A DNA stretch of 63,962 bases, filler included, from Octopus bimaculoides (Eukaryota), in assembly GCF_001194135.2 (NCBI RefSeq). It is 6 parts of 4 records of this genome, joined end to end, with 100 filler letters (N's around TTAATTAATTAA, not from the genome) between each part and the next. Parts side by side here need not be neighbours in the genome. Positions count along the whole stretch, not along the records: positions 8,106 to 20,747 come from NC_068993.1; positions 20,848 to 29,871 come from NC_068987.1; 4 more parts are not named here. One strand, written 5' to 3'. Shown piece by piece: positions 12,442 through 23,155 of the stretch. A program made the translations under genes and the position numbers. The stretch's first letter is position 1. Every line of letters begins with the position of its first letter. Below the pieces are notes generated by a model. That model did no database searches. It was not told the DNA's origin and saw nothing but the letters and a program-made list of their open reading frames with translations.

Positions 12442-14556
12442 GCTGCATGTGCGAATCAGAGTGGTTACTCGGTTCAAGTGACAACACAGCTAAATGTAGC
12501 TCTGTTGTGGATTAAGTCTACGAAAAGATTTTAGCAGCGCAGCCTGAAGGTAGGAGAAATTTTGTTTCTGGGGCACAGTGGGAGTGCGTTACTTGTATTT
12601 AATTGTTATTTTTCACTAGTAAAGTATCTCCACTGGTCTCGAGGCAATTTTGTTCGCCTTTGGTTGCGTTGGTTTTGTTGGAAATTCGTAGGAGGCGTAT
12701 CTGGCAACGTAAGGAATTTCTTTTAATGAGAATTTTTTTTTTTTTTTACTGAAGACTTTCGTAATTGGATTTTTGTTCCTGTTTATGGACATTCAAGTAC
12801 TAATTGCTGTTAATTATACAGGGAGCACCAGGTTTTGTGGATAAAATTATTTGGATATCGTGGATTACCTATATCGGATTACCCAGGCTTGGCCAGAAGT
12901 TCGAATAGGCCAGAGGACAGTGGACATTTTAACTGTGTATTTTTTCTTTTTTTGTAATGCCAACACAGCTAAATGTAGCTCTACGAAAAGATATTAGCAG
13001 CGTAGTCTGAAGGTAGGAGGAATTTTGTTTCTGGGCCAGGAGTTCGAATAGGCCAGAGGACAGTGGACATTGAACTGTGCATTTTTTAAACTGTTTTTCT
13101 TGCCTTTTTGTTTTAATTTTTTTCTACAGTTAACTGTGAACATAGAAAGAAAAAATAATAACATTATGTTGGAGTGGGAGATCAACCCACCCAAAGAATG
13201 GGTGAAAGATTTGAACGAGAGGACGGTGGTTCTGAGACTTATTCAAGGTCCTTGGACACCATTGTCCCCTTTTCCAGACCAAAGATAGAAGAAGAGCTGG
13301 CGGAATATATGTCGATGATAAGGTATATTGCTAGGAGTCCCAAATATGCAACTGTATGGTTGCTGTACGAGACCCCGGAGATGACGTGTAAGTTTGCCAG
13401 TCAGCCCCTGGAAGGGGAAAGAATTCTGTTTCTCCCCTCATATCGTGGGAGAAAATGCAAGCGTGTATGGGTGTGTGGGTTGCCGCCAGGAGTTAAGCCC
13501 GAATGGATAGCAGAAACTGTCCGACGGGGACTTGGTAGCAGTAAGGACACCAAATTGTTAAATGTAAAAATGTCACCGGCGGCTGATTGGGTCGGTGCTA
13601 AAGCCGTGTTGACTCTGTGGACCCAGTCAGCCGCTGACATTCTGGTTTTTCCAGATTACTTGACAATGGCTGGATCTAGGTATCTNNNNNNNNNNNNNNN
13701 NNNNNNNNNNNNNNNNNNNNAGCAGGCTGAAAAAAATGAGGAGGCGGAGGCCTTACCTGAAAGAGGGAAAAAGAGAAAGGCGGGCAGTGATAGTAGCCCG
13801 CCGAAACGTCACATAATTAATGTAGAGGTGGAAGGGGAATTAAAGCCCTTGGGTAAACTGGAGGACCCCCTCCCACCGGAAAAAAGAAAAAGAGAAAAAG
13901 GAAAAAAATGGTATGCCGACGGTTGAGCTGTCGACGGACGTTGAACTATCGTGGGGTGGAATTGCGCCTATCCCGTCCCCGGAGGAAGAGGAAATATTGG
14001 TCTTCTACAGAGGCGGAGCGGTGGAGGAAGAGCTGGAAAAGCACCAGAAGGGAGCAACTTTGACCTGCACAAGTCATCCCGAATGGCTTCCGCAGATAGG
14101 TGTGGAGGTCATTAACGTTGGCCGTGATGCAAAGGTTGGAGGGGCTTAATGAGAAATATGGCTTGTGGCCGGGCGACACCGACACGCCACACACTGAGTG
14201 CTTAAAAGAGGTGTGGGAGTTGGCGGGAGATGTGGTCACAAGCGATGAAGGGGAGGAATATGGATAAAAAGTTGAAAAGCCTCAATGTTATGAATTGAGG
14301 AGGGGTTTGAAACCATATTTTGTTTAAAACAAAGTAAGAGGCGTAATGCCTCCTTTTTGTATCAATGAACATAACGAACAGTGTAAGAGGCTTGCTGCCT
14401 CACATGTAAGAGAACAATGTTTTCGGGGATCAGACAGTCGGCGGGCGCTACTTGTTCTCCCCATTTATTCATTAAACATCACTTTTTTCCACATAACATT
14501 ATGTCTATGTCCAGCCCGCAGCTTCCCCTTTTCTGTATAAGGCCTTTATGGCCAAT
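12442..14556 (+). mobile_element. ~2.1-kb ORF1-only non-LTR-like element, copy 2 (diverged paralog of copy 1)
   Basis: Starts GCTGCATGTGCG after the duplicated target. Its ORF and 3' UTR are homologous to copy 1 (e.g. TCCAGCCCGCAGCTTC vs TCTAGCCCGCAACTGC). It is followed by TTGCTTCCCAACCAC, the resumed SINE. Confidence 0.7.
13166..14149 (+). pseudogene. Gag/ORF1-like protein remnant of copy 2 (frameshifted)
   Basis: ATG 13166 MLEWEINPPKEWVKDLNERTVVLRLIQGPWTPLSPF, then a frameshift to RPKIEEELAEY...YATVWLLYETPE...RVWVCGLPPGV. The C-terminal block PSPEEEEILVFY/TCTSHPEWLPQIGVEVI aligns with copy 1 PSREEEEFVLLY/GCTGSPIWTPQVAAEVI. Confidence 0.6.
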
Positions 14557-14690
14557 TTTGCTTCCCAACCACATGGTTCCGGGCTCAGTCCCACTGCGCG
14601 GCACCTTCAGTAAGTGTCTTCTACTATAACCTCGGGCCGACAAAAGCCTTGTGAGTGGATTTAGTAGACGCAAACTGAAAGAAGCCCGTC
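14557..14690 (+). mobile_element. Body of the interrupted family B SINE
   Basis: TTGCTTCCCAACCACATGGTTCCGGGCTCAGTCCCACTGCG...GAAACTGAAAGAAGCCCGTC-like sequence continues exactly where the 10256-10285 head stops. Confidence 0.8.
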
Positions 14691-14719
14691 CAATATATAT
14701 GTATATATATCTACAAATG

Positions 14720-15985
14720 GGAATGTTTCTGTAGGAGAAAATGTGGACCCTATTAAATTTACAGGGACTGTTGGGACCACGAAATTTAGTTGTAATTACA
14801 GATCCCCAAATTTATGTCCTCTTAGTCTATAACTGTATTGTTAGAGGGGAGAATAATTTGGTTAGGGAATATATTGGGAGCACTATTGATTTTAAAAGGA
14901 GATACAGGGCCCACATGAGTTCATTTTCGAATACCAAATACTCCAATTCTACCACGTTGGCATGTTATATTCAGGATTTAAAGAGGCAGAATATGAGCTA
15001 TACTACTGAATGGTCAGTCCTGTCCGAGGTCCCCCACTTTAATGCTAATTTAAACAGACGTAGATTATGCCTAATGGAATCGTACTTGATTCTTAAACGT
15101 TTTGGTCCAAAACTCCTTGATAAAATTTTCTGATGTTGTCCCTTTTTGTAACCATAGGTTTTATTCAACCTTCTTGGGTAAATACAAAAATAAAAATAAG
15201 GGTAAAATTAAAATGAAATTCTTTCAGAGGACCACCTGAGCCGTAATCTCGAATTGAAATGGAGTAGAACCTGTAGCAAATTCTTTATCTTTGAAATGGA
15301 CAATGGACTAATTCTCTCTTGAATCTAGTGAATTCTTATTTTAACTTCTTTTTATTTATTTAACTTGTCTATTTTAACTTGTCTGCAATTGAACAATGTA
15401 ATAACCAGAAATGTGAAGTTTTCTCCTGATGAAAAGGTATTGCCGTTGGATTTCCTTCATGGATTGTGCCTTAACGATGTGAAGCAGCATCCTTTGAAAC
15501 GATCGAAGAGATTGGCTTGAATGGATTCTGTTCTGGTCTCCTTACACTTTATTTTTTATATTTATATTTTTATATTTATTCTCTTGTATTTTTATATATT
15601 TATATTTGTATTATTTCAGCTCCATTGCCTAAAATTTTAATAGTCGCCTTTATTATTCATGAATTTATTCTATATATTTTTCGTCATTCGACTTCACTCG
15701 TTTTACCCTTTTAGGTTTTATCACTTTTTATTCGTGTATATGTGTATATTTTGTATTATTGGGTTTTAACATTGGGTACCCTATTATTTTAATATATATT
15801 TGTATTCGATGTTTGATAATTTGGGAATGATATAAAGTTGTTTTGACCGATTGGAATGTTTATTCATTATATCTTTCAATTTTTTTCTCCTTTTGCCTCG
15901 GTGTCACCTGAGCACTTCCAGCTGCAGCCCTATTTTTATTTTTGCTCTTCAGTTTAACGCAGTTATTAAATTATCCTCTGATACT
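14720..15985 (+). mobile_element. Penelope-like element 3' fragment (Cys linker + GIY-YIG endonuclease + terminal repeat region)
   Basis: CNYRSPNLCPL at 14791, then VYNCIV...EYIGST.DFKRRYRAHMSSF...STTLACYI...WSVL...LCLME: the GIY-YIG pattern typical of PLEs. A hammerhead-like motif lies downstream. Confidence 0.8.
15422..15511 (+). ncRNA. Degenerate minimal type I hammerhead ribozyme motif
   Basis: Stem I TCTC/GAGA, core CTGATGA (15426-32), stem II AAAGG/CCTTT, GAAAC-GATC-G. The cleavage triplet reads GAA instead of GUA. Confidence 0.55.
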
Positions 15986-15994
15986 GTATATATA

Positions 15995-16210
15995 TCTATG
16001 TGTGTCTGTGTTTATCCCGCCCCCCCCCATCACCACTGGACAACCCGTGTGGGTGTGTTTACGTCCCCGAAATTTAGCGGTTCGGCAAAAGCACCCGATA
16101 GAATAAGTACCAGGCTTAAGAAATAAGTCCTGGGGTCGATTCATTCGACTAAAAATTCAAGGCGGTGCCCTAGTTTGGCTGCAGCCTAGTAATTGAAAGA
16201 GTTAAAAAAA
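15995..16210 (+). mobile_element. 3' tail of family B SINE
   Basis: GTGTTTACGTCCCCG...AGCGGTTCGGCAAAAG...GATAGAATAAGTAC...CCTGGGGTCGAT matches tails at 22915-23140 and the tails linked to heads at 39534-40100. Confidence 0.7.
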
Positions 16211-16214
16211 TTAC

Positions 16215-17150
16215 CCCGGGTCAGAGTGTGAAAATAAAGGTAGAAAACGTAGCACTGGAAGTGGACGTCTCTTTGCTGGTGGTAGTCGTATTATACAGCA
16301 TAGACAATAAAACAACAATTCTCCAAGTGCACAAAATGGGAAAGGAAAATTGGTCAGGCACGGGAATGGAATTATTGATACACACCGAAAGCACAGTATC
16401 GAAGCCATCCATAATCTAATCAACCTCCCTAGTGGTACACAGCCATTAGTAGTCGAGAGCAGAAAGCCGAGATGTCACATCTGTGGCTAGACAAAGCACT
16501 TAAAGGTATTCTACTTACATGCAAAGAAAAGAAAATCACCCGCTACTGCATCAAAAAGCATGGCAACAGTACCACCCACAACAGCAACAGCATCAGTGCC
16601 AAGAGCAGCAGCATCCAACGCAACAAAAGCATCGAAAGAAGGAGCGGTAGGAAAGATCCATTCAACATCAGTAGCAAGTATCGTATCACACCCGAGAAAA
16701 CAATAACATCCCTGTACCATCGCAACCCAGAGAAGCCTCACCCAAACCAGTCGACCAAGCTACCAGCTTAGAAATGTACGACTGTGCAGACATATCTCTC
16801 CCCGCTTCTACAGATTTCTCCGATTGTGAAAACCCGTCTCGCGAGGAAAATAGTTTGGGAAAACCACCAGAATGGATCCTGGTGAAAGGAAAAAGAAAAA
16901 GTACAGAATGAAAAGCGCGGTACAAACAACGCAACAAGCATACAAGAATCTGAAAGCTGAATATGCCAAAAGAATGAGAGATTTCTGTAGGATCATAAAC
17001 AAAAAACTCTAAAAGAAATGTTTGTGGAGACACCTGTGAATAGCCAAAAAGGCGAAACACCTGTCTCTCTACAGAAATAGGGTAAGTGATTATATTCGCT
17101 CTCCTTCTCTCTGACAAATTTGGGGTCGTGTTGGAAACAGGGCTCAATAA
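16215..17150 (+). pseudogene. 5'-truncated gag/ORF1-like remnant with CCHC zinc knuckle
   Basis: KIKVENVALEVD...TTILQVHKMGKENWSGTGMELLIHTES, then LVVESRKPR-CHICG*TKHLKVFY (C-x2-C-x4-H-x4-C with the last TGC changed to TAC; 16473-16514), followed by a low-complexity Ala/Thr/Pro tail. Confidence 0.6.
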
Positions 17151-17466
17151 CTCAATAACTTCGGGTCACTAAGTATAAATGCCGTGGCTATCAGTGAGAC
17201 CAGAGTTTCCAGCTGACAAGTTTACGTACTCATTTTCGATGGATATGAGATTTACTTATCTCCATGTCAACCGGAAATAGGGGTGGGATTGTTTCAGAAA
17301 TGTCTAGGGTTAGGGTTAGGGTCTCAGTGTAATGAGCATCGAGCATGAACTTCTGATTTAAATAAACATTTCTGGCATCAACAAATATTCAGTGTATTAA
17401 ATCTCGAAATGTAATTCGCATTGTAATTTACTATATAAGCCGAAAAGATATATACAACACATACGT

Positions 17467-17598
<132 letters not shown>

Positions 17599-20139
17599 AA
17601 TACAGTGTCTCTTTATATCATATACTGTTAAGTCCCTCATTAACTTAATCCGGTTCAGCATCTAGGTCGGAATGATGATGAAATCTCCACTCCTACACAT
17701 AATAGTGAAACACCTATTTACGAAGCTTCTGAGAAGAATCTTACTATCATCGTCGAATATCGTCTTGCAAAATGTAATGTTGTCCTGCCTTCTCTGACTA
17801 AACCACTAAAAAACAAACATATTGGAACTTCTGGAGACCTATTCAACTTCACTGATACATAAGACATAGGGCATTAGTCTTGCATAACACTATGAAGCAC
17901 TAAAAAACTGTGTATACTCCATATGTCCAATCACAGATCGCGTGACATGAGAACAGATGTAAGGACCATGTGGCAGCAGTGGAAACAAGATTAAGATTAT
18001 TGTTGATTTTTGAGATTGTGTAACATCTTCTGGAAATAGATTTGATAAGCTGACTCTTCTGATAGGTGGCATTTGGCTATTTTGGTTATTTCCAGTAACA
18101 TAGAGAGGGTTGGGAAGAGGACATAAAGTAGTGAAAATTGGATGGAAGATAAGGAAAATAAAAAATGATAAGGGTGGGGGAAAGAGACGGGAGAGGTTGG
18201 GGAGAAAATAGGAAGTAAAGATTCTAGAGGTGGGTCAGATAGAGTATACATAAAAACTAGCAGAAAGTAAGAACAAATAAAAAAAGGAAAACCTAACAGA
18301 CATTTATAAACATATTTAAACATAGATTTATGAGCAATCACATATTATAGAGTGAGGGAATATTAGAATATTAGATAATGGGTGTTTTATTAATCACTAT
18401 TTCAATTAAACAAAGGCAAGTATATCAGTACGTATATATATATATATATATATATATATNNNNNNNNNNNNNNNNNNNNNNNNNNNNNNNNNNNNNNNNN
18501 NNNNNNNNNNNNNNNNNNNNNNNNNNNNNNNNNNNNNNNNNNNNNNNNNNNNNNNNNNNNNNNNNNNNNNNNNNNNNNNNNNNCTGTGTGTGTGTGCGTG
18601 CGTGCGCGAGTCTGCCTCCAAATACAGATGTATGCATAAAAGTATAGGAAGTGGAAGAGGAAGGTCAAAAGTTCTGTAGGAAAATTTTGTTTATGCGCGA
18701 GCGCATGTATATGCGTTTCTCTCTCTCTCTCTCTCTCTGTGCGTGTGTGTGCGTGCGTGAGTGAGTGTGTGTATGTGTGTGTGTATGTGTGTGCGTGCTT
18801 GTGTGAGTGGGTTTTTGTAAGTATGTGTGTGAGCGTGTACCTGCGCGCGTGTATAAAGAGATAGACAAGCAAGTTTATCATTAAAGATGTTAACATTTGT
18901 TCATCATTTACCAGCAATGGTGTTGGAATTCATCGAATCCAGATTGAGAAATGGTTCAGTGAGAATCAGTCGAGTACCAGAGCCTGTTCGTCAAGACTAC
19001 AAACTATTTATGCCACTGTGTTTTGCCACCTGGTTTACTTTTTCACTGCTGCAACACCTTTGCTCTCACCAAACTAATTAGCTCCGGTCATATATAATCA
19101 GATATAATATACACGGTATGTCATGTCTGTATTAATTACAGGGCATATGGAAATCCTTTTAGCCTTTTTGGAGCAATGAGCCGGTTTCCCGGTTTCCATG
19201 GCGCATGTGTTCCCCCCCCCCCCTAGCTGGACGGGACGCCAGTCCATCGCAGCTTACATAGCATGTAGTTTCTTCTTATCCGTTAGGTTTCCTTTACTTA
19301 CACTGATCCTCACACATTCCCTTATCCACGTACTCATTCACTAGATCATTCACTCACACTCCTACTTGTTCACTACCAAATCATTCACTCGTACAATTAC
19401 TTGTTTGCTGTCCATAAACATCTGTCCAAACCTGTGCCACAGAGAAACATACCGAGTGTGCATGCATGGCTTCACTGGGCATACAGATTCCCAAATACGG
19501 AAACACAAGTATGAAATCTTCACTTTAACATGAAACCAAAAACCTGTAAGAACCAGACTTCAGACTACCAATGTAATATAGAAATTTCAACTTAAATATA
19601 AATTCGTAAACTTCATGCCATAAATTCTTTCACGTGATACAAATACAACACTTTCTGACTTTGCATTTACAAAGAAACATTGCAGTATATTACAATACGT
19701 AACACGAAACAAAATTAAACAAGATAATATTAGTTGATAACATTACCTTCCAATAAAAATATTCTAAAAAATAGAACTTCTAAAACAAAATATATCAATG
19801 TTCATTAATAAGTAGAATACAAAACAAAAACCAGCACTTAAGCCTTAGCAAACTGGTAACATACTAAGAATAATTACTGATTGCCGAAAAGAACTTGGAG
19901 TGGACGGTTCACAGTATTTTCATTTCGGTGATGAATTTACCAAATCATGCGACTTGTGTTTTCAGTCGGAAGATGTGGCAGAGATCTAAGAACGTAGATG
20001 AACTTAGTAATGTTTGTGTTCTAACCTAAACATAGCTGACAAATAAAGAAACACGAAAAATCTTTAAAAAAGATAATTTAACTCAAACACAATTCGAAAA
20101 GCTGTTCTTTATGTTCACAATCTCTTTATTTTTCATAAT

Positions 20140-20747
20140 TTCGCGTGAGTTACTTGAGAGGAGATCAAGACTATGCCATCAAACCGCGTCATAGAAGGCT
20201 GATCAGACGGACCGGTTAAACAGCTCGGTGTCTGATTCGGTCGGGACACAAAGGAAGACAGGAACTGGGACTACGTTATGTGTAAGGTAGCCAGATTCAC
20301 CCGAAAATACGCTGAGAGGAAGGTATATCGAAGAAGTCGAGCCGAGGTGGCGAATGCCTACGTTACCTGTATCATGTTATTTCCTGTTATAATTATTTGT
20401 GTGATAGTCTTCGTTCGAAAACTATCGTGTGTTCTCTCCAGTGGGGGAGACATTAATCGCTGGCAAGATGCCGAATAGTGTATCTTCGTCTGGCGAAGAG
20501 TCAACCGATGGAAAAAATATTGAAAGTTTATTGTTTGGAGATGTTTCAGATTCTTCTGAAGGTGAATCGCCAAAACCAACGAATTCTACTGTGAAAAGCC
20601 TTCAAACAGAAGGAAAACAAAAAAGAAGTTTTGCGTCGGCGGCTGGTGGTGGAACCCACCAACTGTCGACAAACAAAAGCGACCTACGAATGTACAAAGA
20701 CATGATTACAATTCAAGACGGTGTTGTCAAGATTCAACCCCCAGAGG
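20140..20747 (+). mobile_element. Possible LINE 5' UTR and ORF1 start, cut by a gap
   Basis: CpG-richer leader, then ATG 20468 MPNSVSSSGEESTDG...KRSFASAAGGG, open up to the gap. Confidence 0.3.
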
Positions 20748-20849
20748 NNNNNNNNNNNNNNNNNNNNNNNNNNNNNNNNNNNNNNNNNNNNTTAATTAAT
20801 TAANNNNNNNNNNNNNNNNNNNNNNNNNNNNNNNNNNNNNNNNNNNNAT

Positions 20850-21494
20850 ATATCAGAAACACAAGAATAACATAATTTGGATTATATTTCCTTTTGCTAA
20901 AGATTTGAAGTCTAATTTTATAAAGTCTATTCATTCTATTATTAAATCAAATTTTAGTAAATCTAGGTATGCTGGGATATTCAATAACAGAATGAGTAGA
21001 TTTGGCTTTTCTGTTTCTCCTAGCTTATTTAGGATTATTTTTTCCTTTAACAATAGAAAACTAAATCTTTACTACAAGAATTTAACCTCCTCTAATACTT
21101 ATACTAACCGCAATTATTCAAATAGCTCTGTATCTTCTACCAACGATTCCCATACTCACACAACCTCTTCCTCTATCAATACACAAACACATAACAATAA
21201 TACGCCTAATATTAGTAACAACTGTAACTGTAGAAACCCTAACGCCTGTGAGGTTAAAGGTAATTGTAAAATGAAAAATGTATATAAAGCTACTATTCAG
21301 GATCTCTCTAGGTTTCATTATACAGGTTGCACGCAGATATATATGTGTACGCATGTATGCATATATGTTTGTATGTCTATATATATATATATATAGCGTT
21401 ATATATATATATAGCGTTATATATATATATAGCGTTATATATATATAGCGTTAAACTAATACATCCTTTTGTTGTTTACACCACCTGTCCTCGT
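20850..21494 (+). mobile_element. Penelope-like fragment (RT C-terminus/linker into GIY-YIG start) plus terminal repeat piece
   Basis: FNNRKLNLYYKNL...NCNCRNPNACEVKGNCKMKNVYKATI...HYTGCT. Segment 21449-21494 (ACTAATACATCCTTTTGTT...CACCACCTGTCCTCGT) matches the repeat at 63715-63780. Confidence 0.75.
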
Positions 21495-21887
21495 NNNNNN
21501 NNNNNNNNNNNNNNNNNNNNNNNNNNNNNNNNNNNNNNNNNNNNNNNNNNNNNNNNNNNNNNNNNNNNNNNNNNNNNNNNNNNNNNNNNNNNNNGAAGTT
21601 TCAAAACCTGGGCAGTATCATTCAATCTGGTGGTGTCAACAGCACTAAAATAAGTTGTTTGGGAACAAACAAACCAATGAAACCAGAACTTTCAAACACA
21701 TTTACCCTATGTATAACCATATCAGTAAATAAATTCAATAAGTAAATTACAACTATTCCTAAATACGTAACTAAACAGTGACAACTCTATTAAGTCATAC
21801 AAAACTTATAATCCCTACCATCTTCCATAGTATAATATAAAAGTAAAAGCTTAATAACCACATTATTTCAATCAATCAATATATATA

Positions 21888-22390
21888 GCTGAAGATCTCT
21901 GGCCATATTGTGGTCACCACTCTGCGACCAGATATTGTCCTCATGTTTGAGTCCACCAAGCAAGTGGTGCTGCTGGAGCTGACTGTCTCATGTGAAGATC
22001 GCTTGGAAGAAGCTTTTGAGAGAAAGCTCTCCAAGTACATGGGTCTAGTCAGTGACTGCCAGTGGGCTGGTTGGAGAGTGAGGTTTCTCCCAGTGGAGTT
22101 TGGATGCAGGGATTTCGCAGCCCGTTCCCTGACCAGAGCCTTCAGCAGTTTGGGCAATGAAGGAGTGAGAAGGAGAAAAGCCATCCACAGTACCACCGAT
22201 GCAGCAGAGAGGGATTCAAGATGGCTGTGGATCAAAAGAGGAGAACCATGGGGTAGCTAGCTGGCCATCTGGACACCAGCGCTAAGGTCACCTGGAGGAG
22301 GGTGTATGATGTTGAAAGACCCAAAACACCGGATTATACCAGGCACATCACTGAAGATGTGTCCAGATGCATCAGTCATTGATGTATGTA
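21888..22390 (+). mobile_element. 3' end of a HERO-like (R2-superfamily) non-LTR element: restriction-like endonuclease + 3' UTR
   Basis: TTLRPDIVLMFESTKQVVLLELTV...ERKLSKY...PVEFGCRDF...AERDSRWLWIKR has the PD-(D/E)xK RLE pattern. GC-rich relative to the flanks. Confidence 0.75.
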
Positions 22391-22511
22391 CACAACAATA
22401 GGTAGGATTAAGCACTGACTTTAATAAAATTACAATAAAGAGATATATAAACCATTGTGCATTGTATTGGTATTAATAGTAAACGCATACATACATACAT
22501 ACATACATACG

Positions 22512-22579
<68 letters not shown>

Positions 22580-22868
22580 NNNNNNNNNNNNNNNNNNNNN
22601 NNNNNNNNNNNNNNNNNNNNNNNNNNNNNNNNNNNNNNNNNNNNNNNNNNNNNNNNNNNNNNNNNNNNNNNNNNNNNNNNNNNNNNNNNNNNNNNNNNNN
22701 NNNNNNNNNNNNNNNNNNNNNNNNNNNNNNNNNNNNNNNNNNNNNNNNNNNNNNNNNNNNNNNNNNNNNNNNNNNNNNNNNNNNNNNNNNNNNNNNNNNN
22801 NNNNNNNNNNNNNNNNNNNNNNNNNNNNNNNNNNNNNNNNNNNNNNNNNNNNNNNNNNNNNNNNNNNN

Positions 22869-22914
<46 letters not shown>

Positions 22915-22920
<6 letters not shown>

Positions 22921-23140
22921 ATCTGTTTGTGTGTCTGTGTTTGTCCACCCCAACATCGCTTGACAACCGATGCTGGTGTGTTTACATCTCCCGTAACTTA
23001 GCGCTTCGGCAAAAGAGGCCGATAGAATAAGTACTAGACTTACAAAGAATAAATCCTGGGGTCGATTTGCTCAACTAAAGGTAGTGCTCCAGCATAGCCG
23101 CAGTCAAATGACTGAAACAAGTAAAAGAGTAAAAGAGTAA
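22915..23140 (+). mobile_element. 3' tail of family B SINE
   Basis: TTTGTCCACCCCAACATCGCTTGACAACCGATGCTGGTGTGTTTAC...GACTGAAACAAGTAAAAGAGTAAAAGAGTA. Confidence 0.75.
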
Positions 23141-23155
23141 TATATATATACATGC

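Noticed and set aside
17305-17321. TAGGGTTAGGGTTAGGG telomere-like run
   Set aside because: Under three units; too short to call an interstitial telomere.
19453-19543. 91-bp minus-strand segment with good acceptor (CTTACAG) and donor (GTATGT)
   Set aside because: The only open frame is phase 1-2, incompatible with the phase-1 exons downstream, and the peptide is unrecognisable. It could still be a UTR exon.
22315-22370. GAAAC-like and CTGAAGA words in the HERO 3' UTR as a type II hammerhead
   Set aside because: The stems do not form in the required topology; CACATC/GATGTG is a simple hairpin.
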